Assembly: GCF_964213995.1 (NCBI RefSeq)
Contig: NW_027590293.1
Coordinates: 1-64,000, forward strand
Direction of reading: 5' to 3'
Source of the DNA: Mustelus asterias
Lineage: Eukaryota
Length of the DNA: 64,000 nucleotides
The translations under genes and the position numbers were made by a program. Under the pieces are notes generated by a model, which had not been told where the DNA came from, did not search any database, and was given only the letters and a program-made list of their open reading frames with translations. Positions within the stretch are counted from its first letter, which is position 1. Each line of letters begins with the position of its first letter. Positions 1 to 13,215 of the stretch are shown here, in pieces.

Positions 1-407
1 TTGACATTTTATGAAGACTTTATTAGATGGTGATGTTTTACAAAACAAGCCCTGAAATCAGAGATTGGTGTAAAACTGCAATCGGTTCCTGACTGAAAGT
101 GAAGTTTCCAGTCTGAAAATGTCTTTGATTTGAAGTTTCCGAGTGTTTATGTGATATTCCTGAGTTTTCCCAGGTAAGGCAGTGACAACAAAACTGGCAT
201 TGACCCATTAACAGATTAAAATGACCGAGACTTCACAGAGGCTCAGAAAGGTCAGGAGAGGGATGATAGAGAAATTGTCATTCACCAAAGGCGTGGGAAG
301 TTTGTCAAAGTATTAATTTCCTTTTTAACTCATAATAAATCCAATGTACTGTTTGGAACCACATCCAGGGTTAGGGTGAGGTATTAGTTAAGGTGAGATA
401 TTAGGGA

Positions 408-472
408 GGGTGAGGTGTTGGTTCGAGTGAGGTGTTGGTTCGAGTGAGGTGTTGGTTCGAGTGAAGTGTTCG
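408..472. repeat. 17-bp tandem repeat (gagtgaggtgttggttc) x~3.5
   Basis: Directly visible repeated unit. Confidence 0.85.
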
Positions 473-1120
473 GGTTCGGATTCGGGGTGTAGGTTGGGAT
501 CTTGCTGTTTGGAGCTGATCATGCAGATAAAGATTGAGATGTTGCTGTGTCTGTGTCTGATTCCAGTAAGGTATATATTGTCTGTTTTAGGACCATATTC
601 TTGTTTCCCAAACGTTAAGTAACAGATATTTGTTTGTGGGGTTGTTTGATTTGGAACAGTACACTTGGCTGTTCAGGTTTATACAATATCATGGTTGTTC
701 TTTTTTTGTAGTTGATGAAAATTATGATAATTTTCTTATTATATGTTAATTGTGTTCTTAAATAAGATTTGACATTGTTTATAATGGGATTGTGAAAATC
801 ACATTGTGTTGTTCCCATGTGATTCTGTGGTTTATGAGAGCAGGTCTTCCTGTGTTCGGATATTCTGTTGGTTTCAGGATGTTTCAGTGTTTACATGTCC
901 TACAATCTCCTTGAATTCAATGTTGTTTTTCATCAGTCCCTGATGTGGAAATCAAATTCTGTCTTCAACCCTCAGTAAATGGGTGCACTGTGTTTGTGTG
1001 TGTGTGGCTGTGTGAGAGTGTCAGGTTGTGTGTGTCGTTGTGGGGGGTTGTCTGTCCCTATCTCTCTCTGTCTGTGTTGGTTTGAAGGAACCTTCGCTAA
1101 CTGGTGTCTGGTGTTTTCTT

Positions 1121-1437
1121 CATAGAATCCCGACAGTACAGGAGGAGGCCATTCAGCCCATCGAGCCTGCACTGACAACAATCCCACCCTATCCCCGTAA
1201 CCTCACATCTATTTACCCAGCCATTCTCCCTGAAATTAGGGTCAATTTAGCATGGCCAATCAACCTAACCAGCACATCTTTGGACTGTGGGAGGAGACCG
1301 GAGCATCCAGAGGAAACCCACACAGACACGGGGAGAATGCACAAACTCCACACAGACATTGATCAAGCCAGGAATCGAACCCGGGTCCCTGGCGCTGTGA
1401 TGCAGCAGTGCTAACTACTGTGCCACCGTGCTGCCCT
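1121..1437 (-). mobile_element. HE1-like tRNA-derived V-SINE
   Basis: Reverse complement has tRNA-like head (gggcagcacggtggcacagtagttagc...gggttcgattcc), V-domain (tgtggagtttgtgcattctccccgtgtctgtgtgggtttcc) and CR1-type tail (gattctatg). Confidence 0.85.
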
Positions 1438-1869
1438 TGTGTTAGTATGTCTTGTGTTAGTTTAAACACTGCAGTTTGGAGAGGGGAGGCTGGAGATGGG
1501 GAGTAGATTGTAAGGATGGTGGGGTCAAGACATTGTTTTTTGACAAGGGTGTACTGGTGGCAAATTCGAAAGAGAGACAGTACCTGAGAGAATCGTTGAC
1601 AATGTCCGGGGACACAGGGAAATAGGAGATCAGTAGTTTAGTGGGAGATTTAGTGGGAATAGAGTCAATGGAGCAGGAGGTGGGGCTCATGGGCAAAATG
1701 AGTCCTAAGAAGCCATGAGGGGAGACGGGAGGGAAACTAGAGAAAGATGTGGGTTCAGGCCTCAGGAAAGGGTGAAATTTAGAGAGAGTTTGGCCTTGTG
1801 GAAGGGAGAGGCAGCTGATCAGATTGTCTCAATCTTAGTGACAAAGAAGCTCCATGAAATCCTCATACT

Positions 1870-2125
1870 CCACCTGTCTGCGTGGGTTTCCCCGGGTGAT
1901 CTAGTTTCCTCCCACAGTCCAAAGATGCGTGGGTTAAATGGATTGGCCATGTTAAATTGCCTCTTAGTGTCCAAAATGTGTATCTTAGAGGGATTAGCCA
2001 TGGTAGACTTGCGGGGTTACGGGTATTGGGCAGGGGTGGGTGTGGACTTGGGTAAGAAGCTCTTTTGGAGAGTTGGTGCAGACTCCAAGGGCCAAATGGC
2101 CTCCTTCTGCACTGTAGGGATTCTT
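1870..2125 (+). mobile_element. HE1-like SINE, 5'-truncated
   Basis: V-domain ctgcgtgggtttccc...cccacagtccaaagatg and tail aatggcctccttctgcactgtagggattc. Confidence 0.75.
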
Positions 2126-2388
2126 ACATATGTTCGAACAGTCTAACTTGTTGGAGATGAGGATTGAGGAGACGGGAGTGGGAGATCCCTTCAAAAGGAT
2201 CTGAATTGCGTGAGAGATATCAAAAAGATTCAACACAATGCGTATATTCAACACAAAACTGATTTATTTGACTTTTAGTGAGAATATTAGCCCCTATAAG
2301 TGGCTGGGCTCTATTACCAATGTAAACAGACCCTAATGAACATGGTTCAGTCCTGAATGTCACTGACAGCAAAGTTCAATCACTACAG

Positions 2389-3510
2389 TTACTTGTGAAG
2401 TCTCTGGTGTCTGAGCAGGTGCGATGAAGTCATGAATCTCTTCCCACATTCAGAGCAGGTGAACGGTCTCTCCCCGGTGTGAATTCTCTGGTGTACAGTG
2501 AGTTGAGAAGATTGCCTGAACCCAGTCCCACAGTGAGAGCACCTGAATGGTCTCTCCTCAGTGTGAACACGTTGATGGAACATCAGTTCCCCAGAACTTT
2601 TATAGCACTTCCCACAGTCTGGGCATTTAAAAGGTCTGTCGTCAGTGTGAACTCGCTGGTGTGTCAGCAGAATGGTTGATGTAGTAAATCCCTTCCCACA
2701 CTCACAGCAGGTGAATGGCCTCACCGCAGAGTGAACTCTCTGATGTTTCAGCAGGCCAGATGACTGAGTGAATCCTTTCCCACACACAGAGCAGGTAAAC
2801 AGCCTTTCCCCAGAGTGGATTCGCTGGTGTTTCAGCAGGTCTGATGACTGGGTGAATCCCTTCCCACAGTTGGAGCAGGTGAACGGCCTCTCCCCAGTGT
2901 GAATTCGCTGATGTACAGTGAGCACAGATGATCGTCTGAACCCAGTCCCACAGTGAGAGCACCTGAATGGTCTCTCCCCTGTGTGAACTCGCTGATGTAC
3001 AATGAGTTGAGATGATCGTCTGAACCCAGTCCCACAGTGAGAGCACCTGAACGGTTTCTCATCAGTGTGAAGACGTTGATGGGACATCAGTACGCCAGAA
3101 CTTTTAAAACACCTCCCACAGGCTGGACATTTAAAAGGTCTTTCGTCAGTGTGAACTCGCTGGTGACTCAACAGTTCGGCTGAAATACTGAATCCTTTCC
3201 CACACTCGGAGCAGGTGAATGGTCTCTCGCTGGAGTGAACTCGCTGGTGTTTGGAAAGGTCGGACGACTGAATGAATCCCTTCCCACACACAGAACAGGT
3301 GAAAGGCCTCTCCCCAGTGTGGCTGCGCCGATGCGTTTCCAGTTTGGACGGAGAAATGAATCCTTTCCCACAGTCCTCACATTTCCATGGTTTCTCCTTA
3401 GTTTGACTGCACTTGTGGTTTGACAGGCCAGGTGATTGGCTGAAGCCTTGTGCACACACACAACATGTGTACAGCTTCTCTCCACTGCGAATGGTGCTTT
3501 TTCCTTCCAT
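2389..3510 (-). CDS. Tandem C2H2 zinc-finger protein ZNF-1, 373 aa, 13 fingers (first degenerate), no effector domain
   Basis: Uninterrupted ORF with CxxC...HxxxH repeats and HTGERPF linkers; MEGKST start; AATAAA on minus strand at ~2264-2269. Confidence 0.9.
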   Translation of the reverse strand: MEGKSTIRSGEKLYTCCVCAQGFSQSPGLSNHKCSQTKEKPWKCEDCGKGFISPSKLETHRRSHTGERPFTCSVCGKGFIQSSDLSKHQRVHSSERPFTCSECGKGFSISAELLSHQRVHTDERPFKCPACGRCFKSSGVLMSHQRLHTDEKPFRCSHCGTGFRRSSQLIVHQRVHTGERPFRCSHCGTGFRRSSVLTVHQRIHTGERPFTCSNCGKGFTQSSDLLKHQRIHSGERLFTCSVCGKGFTQSSGLLKHQRVHSAVRPFTCCECGKGFTTSTILLTHQRVHTDDRPFKCPDCGKCYKSSGELMFHQRVHTEERPFRCSHCGTGFRQSSQLTVHQRIHTGERPFTCSECGKRFMTSSHLLRHQRLHK

Positions 3511-3719
3511 GTTTAAAATCTGATGATATTCAGTTCAGAATAAATTGAGCGACTCTGTCCAACACTGATGTTATCTTTTGTTCGAGCTTCTGGACTGCAA
3601 TTCCCCTGTGAAATTGATTTAAAACACAAAAAAAGGGAGTGAGAGAAAACCATTAAAACACAAAGGCAGATTTTGAAATTGAGCTGAATGAATCTGGTAA
3701 TTTGTGGGTCCGGCTCTTG

Positions 3720-4145
3720 GAAAAAGTGGTTGAGGCAGAGTCCTTGAATAAGTTTAAGGCAGAACTGGATAGATTCTTGATAAGCAAGGGGGTGGAAGGT
3801 TATCGGGAGTAGGCAGGAATGTGAAGTTGAGGTGAAACTTAGATCAGCCACAGGGTGGAGCAGATTCGAGGGACCAAGTGGCCTATTCCTGCTCCTAATT
3901 TGTATGTAAAAAGTACAGGAGATGTAAGGAAGAATGCTTTTACACAGCAAGTGGCAATGACCTGAAACCTGCTGCCTACGAGTTGGGTGGAAATGGACAC
4001 GATGAATAATTTCAAAATGAAATTGGATAGACACTAGAGGGAAATAAAGCTGCGAAGATATGAGGATTGAGCAGAGGAATGGGACTGACTGGCTTGCTGT
4101 AGACAGCTTGCATGGATCCAATGGGCTGAATGGCCTCTGCACTGG
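3720..4145 (+). mobile_element. Two CR1-type LINE 3' end fragments
   Basis: Typical CR1 3' sequence (tttaaggcagaactggatagattcttg...ggcctattcctgctcc) followed by a second degraded tail. Confidence 0.65.
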
Positions 4146-4289
4146 AATGGCACTTTCCTGTAATCTCACCGAATTTAACCCTGGGAGTTCAGATATCACT
4201 CAGGTACATCTGTTCTACACTCTCTCCAGGGCCATTATGTCCTGTTGCCCGGAACTGAGCACAGTTCTCCAGATGTGGTCTAACCAGGG

Positions 4290-4835
4290 TTTGTGAATCT
4301 CGGGGCCTTTCCAGTCACACTGAAACCCGAAACCAGGTCGGTGGTGACGTTCACGAAGGGTCATAGGTTCAAGGTGAGGGGGGCGGGGAGGAGGTTTAAC
4401 ATGGATATCAGAAGGACGTATTTTACACAGAGGGTGGTGGGGGCCTGGAATGCGCTGCTGGGCAAGGTGGTGGAGGCGGACACACTGGGAACGTTTAAGA
4501 CTTATCTAGACAGCCACATGAACAGAGTGGGAATGGAGAGATACATAAGAATGGTCTAGTTTGGACCAGGGAGCGGCACGGGCTTGGAGGGCCGAAGGGC
4601 CTGTTCCTGTGCTGTATTGTTCTTTGTTCTCTCACCGACACAATCGACAAACCTGTTACCTTCCACTTTCAGATGCTGCTGATATTCAGGTCCTGATGTA
4701 TTGAGTGACGTCATCAGATCACAATGTGATGTTTGATTTGAGTTTCCCATATGTCAATTCTCCACTTCCAGCACTCTGTAAATTTACAGAAACCATCACA
4801 GTCAGTCCAGGATAGAAATTCACAACATTCTCTCC
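4290..4835 (-). pseudogene. Truncated ZNF terminal-exon leader remnant, split by a CR1 fragment
   Basis: Minus strand tttacag|agtgctgg acceptor followed by NSNQTSHCDLMTSLNTSGPEYQ, homologous to the leaders of the other ZNF loci; no finger array follows. Confidence 0.55.
4330..4630 (+). mobile_element. CR1/HER1-like LINE 3' end
   Basis: Encodes YFTQRVVGAWNALLGKVVEADTLGTFKTYLDSHM (CR1 ORF2 C-terminus) plus gggccgaagggcctgttcctgtgctgtattgttc tail. Confidence 0.85.
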
Positions 4836-5109
4836 TCTGAGTTGCCAATTGTGATTAAATGTTTTCCTGGAGGTTTTATCACATCTTTTCTATTGTGCTC
4901 ATCCTCCAACCATTAATCAGTCCACACATCCATCCCCACTGCCTTCCTGGGCCAATTGGAAAGCAAAAAAGACTCCTCACCCTACAGCATAATGATTGAC
5001 AGTCAGGCAAACAACTTTTATCCATTTTCAATATTTTTATTTCCAGTGAAGAAGTTCAAAGGAAAATGACAACAAAAGATATATTTTTAAATGTCCTGAA
5101 TGTTTTAGA

Positions 5110-5600
5110 GACTGAGGTTTGAATCCCACTACAGCAGATGCTGAAATTTGAATTCAATAAAAATCTGGAATTGAAAGTCTAATGATGACCATGAAACCAT
5201 TGTCGATCGTTGTAAAAAGCCAACTGTTTCACTAATGTCCTTGAGCCAAGGAAATCTGCTGCCTGACCTGGTCAGGTCTATCTGTGATTCCAGATCCACA
5301 GCAGTGTGTTTGACTCTTAAAATGCCCCGTGAAGTGCACTCAGTTCAAGGGCAAATAAAGATGGGCAATAGATGCTGGCCCAGCCAGTGGCAGCCACATT
5401 CCCTGGATGCATTGGGAAACAAATCTCCCATCCTTAACTGGTCTGGTCTAAATATGACTCCAAACTACAGAGATGTGGTTGACTCTTAAAATTCCCTGTG
5501 AGATGCTCTGGCAAGCTACTCAGTTGAAGGACAATTGGGGATGGACAATAAATACTGGTCCAGCCAGCGGCTCCCACATTCCCTGAATGAATAAAAAAAA
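5110..5600 (+). mobile_element. tRNA-derived SINE family B with duplicated 3' part
   Basis: gtttgaatccc B-box remnant, core ttcactaatgtcc...ggaaatctgc, A-rich end; related copies at 32135, 38590, 51800, 63420. Confidence 0.7.
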
Positions 5601-5629
5601 TTCCTGGAGACTCCAGTCGAATCCGGGAG

Positions 5630-6000
5630 AGTTGGTAACCGGGCCAGGCTCACAGCGCATGCGCCCTGCTTATATTGTTCCTGTAAAGATGGCGGCCGCT
5701 GACCCGGGCCTGGAGCCGCTCAGCTCCAACTCTATTCAGTACCAATTGAAGCGGGACCGGGAACATTTTATTCTGGATTGAAGACTCTAGGGGGTATTTA
5801 TGAAGCCTCCCAGCCCACTCCGCTGCTTCTATCCCTCCCCGGTCACCCAGCGGCTCCATCACTGAACCTCACTCCATTGTTTCTTTTCGGCTCCTCGCAG
5901 CGCCAGTCACAGCCCGGACTGCGCATGCTCCGGTCTGAGCCAGGTACCGCGTTTGCGCAAGGCGGTGCTGTAATGTGGATAGGGCACATTCTCACCCGCA
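5630..6000. promoter_or_regulatory. CpG-rich promoter P1 (NRF1 + YY1 module)
   Basis: GCGCATGCGC at 5655-5664, AAGATGGCGGC at 5686-5696, TGCGCATGCT at ~5920; locally CpG-rich, upstream of ZNF-1. Confidence 0.7.
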
Positions 6001-6154
6001 GAGAATGTTGGGTAATCACCCCGCCATTCACACTGGTTTTGATAAAAAGAAAATATGGTTTGCGATCTGAATATGATTGGTACCATTGGGCCACAAAAAC
6101 AAATGTATTAAATCGATTGATATGGAACGAAGGACTGATATAGTCACTAAGGAC

Positions 6155-6582
6155 TGAGGTGGCACAGTTGCAAGCGCTGCTGTCTCACAGCACCAGGGAA
6201 CCAGGTTCAATTCCGGCCTTGGGTCACTGTCTGTGTGGACTTTGCATGTTCTCCCTGTGTCTGTGCGGGTTTCTTCCGGGTGCTCTGGTTTCCTCCCACA
6301 GTCCAAAGATGTGCAGGTTAGGTTAATTGGCTCTGCTAAAATGCCCCTTAGTGTCAGGGGGATTAGCAGGGTGGATAATTGGGGTTATGGGGATAGTGCA
6401 TGGGTAGGATTGTTGTCGGTGTGGGCTTATGGATGATATTGGAATAGTGTAGATTAGAGGGGCTTTAGATTGGTACCACTGGTCGGCGCAACATCGAGGG
6501 ACGAAGGGCCTGTACTGCACTCTAATGTTCTATGTCCTATGAATGGCCTCCTTCTGCACGGTAGGGATTCTATGATTCTATG
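6155..6582 (+). mobile_element. HE1-like SINE with a CR1 tail fragment nested at ~6430-6540
   Basis: tRNA head, V-domain, gattctatgattctatga tail. Confidence 0.8.
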
Positions 6583-7009
6583 AGCATAGGCTCTCCACTA
6601 AAGTTCGGTTCTGGGTCTGATTGACAACAGAACAAACATCTACAGTTAGAAGTGAACACATCGGGATCTCAGCAGGTTTTCCCCATAGACAGAACAGTTA
6701 AACTGCCCCTCGCCAATAAGAATGCTGACATTGGATCAAATGCTTTGAGCTTTTAAAGTCAGAGTATTAGCCACTGAGGAAAACTAAGGAAATCCCTTTG
6801 CACATGTGAAGTGTCTGAGTGTTGTCCCTCTAGTCTAACTGTGTTGTTCTATCAGTAAATGAGACGACTGAGTGAATCCATTTCCACATTCAACTGGGAA
6901 ATAATCTTTTGATCATGGGATTTTACCCAAAGGTTTACAGGTCCGACGGTAATCTCACACCTTCTGATGATGTGTTCAGCATTCTTTGTGCTCTCCAGTC
7001 AAAGACAAG

Positions 7010-7200
7010 TAAAATATTGCAGATGCTGGAAATCAAAATGTAAAATTCTGGAAATACTCAGCAGATCTAGTAGCATCTGTAGAGCAAGAAACAGAGTTTG
7101 CATTTTAGGCCCATGACCATTCAACACCCAGGCCTGAAAATTAGCACACTTTCTCCAACCAGAGATAGGCTATTATTTCCAGCATTTTCTGTTTTTATTT
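7010..7200. repeat. Short palindromic repeat family P (cagatgctgg...ccagcattttctg), degraded
   Basis: Inverted arms tgctggaaat / atttccagca; homologous to copies at 12590, 21290, 24830, 26095, 42610, 56370, 60620. Confidence 0.6.
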
Positions 7201-7939
7201 CTCATCTGTCTGAGAGTGGAAACATCTTGCACTTGTCTACTGTGTCGAACCTTTTCATAATCTTAAAGGATCAGATCATCCTCACTCTCTTTTCCAGAGA
7301 AAATATTTACAGACCGTCCAGTCTTTCTTGCTGGGTATAACTGCCTGTTCAGGCATCTTTCTAGTCTATTTTCTTGCATCTTCTCCAGTCCTTCCAGACC
7401 CATCTTATAATATGGAGACTGGAGACATCAGCTAATCTGAGCAGCAAACTCACTATTGTCCCCAAATCCCTGCATGTTGAAGTATTTTAGCCATTTTCCA
7501 ATCAGCTGAATATGAGATGGGATGGAATAAACAGATTCAACAAGTCAGTCTGTAACACTGTGGAGCATCTCCAACTTGCCTCTTCCCCTTACTATTAAAC
7601 AGTTGATTTTTTTCCCTCTTAATCTGTCAGTTATGGCATTAAGAATAAAGGGCTGAATGGCCTATTTCTGCTCCTATTTCATACGTCTGTATGTATGTTA
7701 GTATTGAACGGGAAACTAGAGGAACAATGAGAGCTTGAAATGAGGAATGATGTGAGGAAGCTCCTTTGGAGCAGAAACACTGAGCTGGACTTGTTGTGTC
7801 CAATGGCCTGTTTTGCCTCCGGTGTCATTTCACTCCTGAAGGGTCTGCTTTGAACTTTTAGACAATGCCACCGATTCCTAGACTGTCAAACCAGCAGAAA
7901 TAATTTATATTTACCCTCTGTTCCTCTTCATGTGTTTTA

Positions 7940-8110
7940 TTCTTTTACTGTCACTGTTAATCACACCCAGAACTGAACCATGTTCATTCTGGTAATTGGA
8001 GTTTATTTCTATTGATTATTAATATCTCTGTAACTGGGCTGGAGTTTAATATCTTGATGTCAGTTAAATAAATCAACTTTGTTTCAAACACAGTGTGTCA
8101 AGTACTTGAT
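7940..8110 (+). pseudogene. Orphan ZNF 3' UTR without coding sequence
   Basis: ttaatcacacccagaactgaaccatgttcattctg...gtaactgggctggagtttaatat...aaataaatc matches the 3' UTRs of ZNF-1, -9 and -10; no fingers upstream on this strand. Confidence 0.6.
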
Positions 8111-8834
8111 TTCTCCAGGATTAATTGATTGATTAATTGATGTCCTGTTACCGACCGTTCTGTTTTTGGATCTTTTCTCCTTTCTGACTCTAGATTATTT
8201 CAGTTCTCATACCTTCAGTTGCTCTCATGGACAAGTCCCAGGTCCTCGTACCTTCCAGAGTGTCTCTCCCAGCCTAGAGATTCAGGGAAGTTTCAGTATT
8301 AAAAACAGAAAATGCTGGAGTTAGTAATCCATACTTTTCCAAGTATCAGTTGATTGTGTCCCAGATTATTGGTTTCATTTACCCCACCGCTGATGTTAAG
8401 CTGATTGTTCTGTAATTGCTGTGTTTTTGAACAGAGATGTAACATTTACAATCTCTGTCCTTTGTCACCACTACTCTGTAAGGATTGTAAGATTGTAGTC
8501 AGAGCTCCACAAGCTCCATGTGAAGGACAGTGTGTGTCAGAGTGCAGCAGTCCCTCAATGTCAGACTGCAGTGTCAGCCTAGATAATGTGCTCAGCTTGA
8601 TGAGTATTTCCTGTTGTTATTGATGTGGATCATTCAGAAACAATGGACTCTGATGATGTCATCCAGTCCTGCTGCGATGATGTCATAGAGACTATTACAT
8701 CACAGCGGAGCCTTCGTGGTGAAAACAGTTTTGTTCCAGACGGCAGCAAGTTCATTACTGATAGATCTGGAAATGAGAATACTGGGAATGAAAGCACCCC
8801 AAGGTATTTCAGAGGAGTTTCATGAAGAAAAAAA

Positions 8835-9170
8835 TGACAATGGTTAGCACTGCTGCCTCGTAGCACTAGGGACCCAGGTTTAATTCAGGCCTTGGGTGAC
8901 TATCTGTCTGGAGTTTGAACACTCTCCCCATGTCTGTGTGGGTTTCCTCTGAGTGCTTGGATTTCCTCTCACAGTCCAAAGATGTGCAGGTTAGGTTGAT
9001 TGGCTATGCTAAATTGCCCCTTAGTGTCCCAAGTTGTGCAGGTTAGATGGATTAGAAATGGTAAATGTGTTACAGGAATAGGGTGAGGGCCTGGGTATGA
9101 TTCCCTTTCAGAATATTGGTACAGACTCGATAGGCCAAATGGCCTCTTCTGCATTGTAGGGATTCTATGA
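8835..9170 (+). mobile_element. HE1-like SINE
   Basis: tggttagcactgctgcctc head, V-domain, gattctatga tail. Confidence 0.8.
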
Positions 9171-9199
9171 GTGACAGAGCATAATATTAGGATGGATGG

Positions 9200-10110
9200 A
9201 CAAAAGCCTGATTGAGAGGCAGATCCTGAATTACGAGAGAGAGATGGACAGTTTAGGGAGGGTATTTCAGAGTTTCACACTCAGACCCTGCCACCAATGG
9301 TGGTGTAATTAAAATGTGGAGATGCAGGCATTGGACTGGGGTAAGGACAGTCAGAAGTCAGTTGTCAGAAGTCAGTAAGAAGGTGTTGTGAGACTTCTTA
9401 CGGTGTAATTAAAACCATGGATGCGCAAGAGGCCTGAATGAGAAGAGTGCAGATATCTGGGGGACAAGCTAAATTGCCCCTTAGTGTCCCAAGGTGTGCA
9501 GGTTAGGGGGATTAGCAGGGTAAATACTTGGGGTTATGGGAAACAGTTCTGGATGGGGTTGCCCTGAGTGTCAGGGGGATTATGTGAGGTTACAAGGATA
9601 GGACCTGGGTGGGATTGTTATCAGTGCAGACTTGATGGGCCGAATGGGCTCCTTCTGCATTTCAGGGATTCTATTCTATGATCTCAGGGAATTGTGAAAC
9701 TGGAGATTACTGAGATAGAGAGGGATAAGGTCATGGAGGAATTTGAAAATAAGGATGTGAATTTTAAAATCGAGGCATGACTTGACTTAAAGCCGGTGTA
9801 GGTCAGGAAGCAGGGCAGGGGGTGGGGGGAGATGGGTGAATGGGATTTGGTGTGAGAAAGCCGGCAGGCAGCAGAGTTTTGGATGATCTCACGTTTCCAT
9901 GTGGGAGTGGGGTGAATGTGAGAGGCTGCTCAGAAATGTACTGGAATCATCAAGTGTAAAGGAAACACAGGCATGGGTGAGGGTTTCAGCAGCAGATGAG
10001 CTGGGGTGGGGTGGAGATTGCTGACATTATGGAGATTGAAATATCTGGTATTAGTGATGGTGTGGATATGTGGTCAGAAACTCATCCTGTTGTTAAATCT
10101 GACACCAAGA
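9200..10110 (-). mobile_element. Degraded L2-like LINE with nested HE1 (~9465-9680) and Penelope (~9325-9400) fragments
   Basis: Purine-rich L2-type antisense sequence (gcagcagagttttggatgatctc...); nested pieces recognised by similarity to other copies here. Confidence 0.5.
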
Positions 10111-10253
10111 TCTGAATTTTTCATCTGTCGGGCACACTCACACGGGAGAGCCTGGAAGTGGGTGCAATCGGCCCCGGAATGTGATTTCAGACTGGCTGGC
10201 CAATTAACAAGCAGTCAGTGTGAAATGCACGCTGGGAAAGGCTCAGTGCTGCC

Positions 10254-10312
10254 GGGGAGGGAGGGAAGGGGACGGGGAGGGAGGGAAGGGGACGGGGAGG
10301 GAGGGAAGGGGA
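10254..10312. repeat. G-rich 20-bp tandem repeat (ggggagggagggaaggggac) x3
   Basis: Directly visible; G-runs compatible with a G-quadruplex. Confidence 0.75.
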
Positions 10313-10681
10313 TGGGCACTGAGGAAAGCGAGGGTGCTGTTGGCATTTCCAATACGCTCCCTCAGGGGGACAGCTGCTGCGGAGCCTGTCTCTCAGCTAC
10401 TGACCTGTAAAAAATAAACTGTGATGGAGCTCCTCACACTTGTTGGAGGTGAGGATGGCAGAGATGGGGAGAGGGAGAACCCTTCAAAAGGAATTAACTT
10501 CTGTTCGTGATGTTAAAAAGACACAACACACTGTGTTTAACACAAAGCTGATATATTTGTCTCTTATCCAGAATATTTACACCTATAACCAGCCTGGTGT
10601 TTATTAACATCAGCAGGACTAGACTCCAGTGAATGATATTCAGTCCTGCAGGTGATTAACAGCAAAACCCAATCACTATAG

Positions 10682-11719
10682 TTACTTGTGGCCTTGCTGG
10701 TGTCTCAGCAGATGGGATGACTGAGTGAATCCCCTCCCACACACAGAGCAGGAGAACGGTTTCTCCCCGGTGTGAATGCGCCGGTGTTTCAGCAGATTGG
10801 ATGAGTGATTGAATCCCTTCCCACACACAGAGCAGGTGAGCGGCCTCTCCCCAGTGTGAATTCTCTGGTGTACGGTGAGCTGAGATGATTTCCTGAACCC
10901 AGTCCCACAACGAGAGCATCTGAACGGTCTCTCGTCAGCGTGAATACGTTGATGGGTCACCAGTTCCCCAGAACTTTTAAAGCACTTCCCACAATCCAGG
11001 CATTTAAATGGTCTCTCGTCAGAGTGAACCCGTTGATGGGATGTCAGTTCCACAGAACTTTTAAAGCACTTCTCACAGTTCAGGCATTTAAAAGGTCTCT
11101 CATCAGTGTGAACTCGCTGATGTTTCAGTAGGTGAGATGACTGAGTGAATCCCTTCCCACACACAGAGCAGGTAAATGGTTTCTCCCCAGTGTGGATTCG
11201 CTGGTGTTTCAGCAGATCAGATAACTGAATGAATCCATTCCCACACTCGGAGCAGGTAAATGATCTCTCTCCAGTGTGAATTCGCTGATGTGTCATCAGG
11301 TGGGATGACTGAGTGAATCCCTTCCAACACACAGAGCAGGTGAATGGCCTTTCCCCAGTGTGACCACGTTGGTGTCCTAACAGATTGGATAACTGAGTGA
11401 ATCCCTTCCCACAATCAGAACATGTGAATGGTCTCTCCCCATTGTGATCTCGCTGGTGTTTTAGCAGACTGGATGACTGAGTGAATCCCTTCCCACACTG
11501 AGGGCAGGTGAATGGTCTCTCCCCAATGTGACTGCGTCGATGAGTTTCCAGGTCAGATGGATAACTAAACGCTTTCCCACAATCCCCACATTTCCACAGC
11601 TTCTCCCCAGTGTGACTGTGCTTGTGTCTCGACAGGCCAGATGATCGACTGAAGCCTCGTCCACACACACAACACGTGTATGGTTTCGCCTCACTGTGAA
11701 CAGTGCTTTTTCCTTCCAT
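10682..11719 (-). CDS. Tandem C2H2 zinc-finger protein ZNF-2, 345 aa, 12 fingers
   Basis: Intact [11 protein letters not shown] start, HTGERPF linkers; acceptor tttcacag at ~11829. Confidence 0.9.
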   Translation of the reverse strand: MEGKSTVHSEAKPYTCCVCGRGFSRSSGLSRHKHSHTGEKLWKCGDCGKAFSYPSDLETHRRSHIGERPFTCPQCGKGFTQSSSLLKHQRDHNGERPFTCSDCGKGFTQLSNLLGHQRGHTGERPFTCSVCWKGFTQSSHLMTHQRIHTGERSFTCSECGNGFIQLSDLLKHQRIHTGEKPFTCSVCGKGFTQSSHLLKHQRVHTDERPFKCLNCEKCFKSSVELTSHQRVHSDERPFKCLDCGKCFKSSGELVTHQRIHADERPFRCSRCGTGFRKSSQLTVHQRIHTGERPLTCSVCGKGFNHSSNLLKHRRIHTGEKPFSCSVCGRGFTQSSHLLRHQQGHK

Positions 11720-12879
11720 GTTTAATATTCAATGATATTCAAGTTACGATAAATGATACACCTCTGTCAGCTCCTGGTGTGATGTTTGGTTTCAGTTTCC
11801 TGACTGTAAATCCTCCTCTTCTAAAACCCTGTGAAATTGATTTAAAACAAAAAAACAGGAGTGAGAGAGAACCCACAAAAACACAAAGGCAGCTTGTGAA
11901 ATTGAGCTGAATGAATCTGGTCATTTGTCTGATACTAATGAACAGTGCTGGATTATCATAAAAACCCAACTGATTCACTAATGTCCATCAGGGAAAGGAA
12001 CCTACCACCCAGTCTGGGTCTGTACAGACTCAGGCCTCTACTTAAGGAGAGTACAAGACAGTGGGAGAGAATGGGGAGTAATGCAAGAGGTGAGGTTGTG
12101 GGGGGATGGGGGAGGCGCTGGTGATGGCAGGAGGAGAGGGATTTTACACATCTATAACTCAGCTGGAGCTTTGACAGAATCTCCCAAACCCTCAACTTCC
12201 ACCACCTGGAAGGACCAGGATCACAAGTGTGAATGAACACCTCGAAATTCACCTTCAAGTCTCACACACTTGGGGATTTTCACAGTAACTTCATCGCAGT
12301 GTTAATATAAACCTACTCGTGACATGATAAACTTTTTTTAAAAACTTTAAACACACTGTCCTGACTTGTCTGCCATCCAGTCCTGGATGAACAGATATTT
12401 TATATATTGGGAAGACTGAAGCCATCGGTTTCAGTCTTTGCTACAAACTTCACTCCCCAGCCACCGACTCCATCTCTCTCCCTGATAATTGTCCGAAGCT
12501 GAACATGATTGTTCACAACCATGGTGACATGTTTCACCTCAGGAATTAGGAGTCGGCCATTCGGTCCATCAGGTCTTTCACTTCTGTCACTGTTTCAAGT
12601 CTGGATGACCCTTCTCCAAACAGTCATTCAGACTCGAAACGTTGGCTCTATTCTCTCTCCAAAGATGCTGTCAGACATGCTGAGATTTTCCAGCACTTTG
12701 TTTTTGTTAAACATTCACTTGATTGCAGTTTGCTGTGGGTAAATCCTCCCCTTCTAACCCATGTAAAATAAGTTTCCAAAACCTATCACTCTCAGTCCAG
12801 GATAGAAATTCACAACATTGTGTCTGCCTGCTTTCGGCTCAGGATTACTTAAGCTGGGACACATTTTCATTGGAAGCAG

Positions 12880-13215
12880 ATGAGAAAATGTTCACCAGGC
12901 TGACTCCTGTGATGAGGGGGTTTGGCTTCTGAGGAAAGGTGGAACAGGTTGGGTCTTTACCCATTGGAATTCAGAAGAATGAGAGGTGATCTTGGCGAAG
13001 CATATTAGATCCTGGGGGAGCTTGACCGGGTAGATTCTGAGAGGATGTTTCCCCTCATGGGGTAATATCCAATTATGGAACAGTTAAAAAATAAGAGGTC
13101 TCTCAGTTTACACCATGAGGAGAAACGTATTCTCTATGAAGATCATTAGTCTTTGGAAATCCCTTCTCCACTAAGTAGGAGGCTTGGTCATTGAATACAT
13201 TTAAGGCTGTGTTAA
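12880..13215 (+). mobile_element. CR1-type LINE 3' fragment (degraded)
   Basis: ttcaccaggctgactcctg...agaagaatgagaggtgatc, CR1 ORF2 C-terminal coding remnants. Confidence 0.65.
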
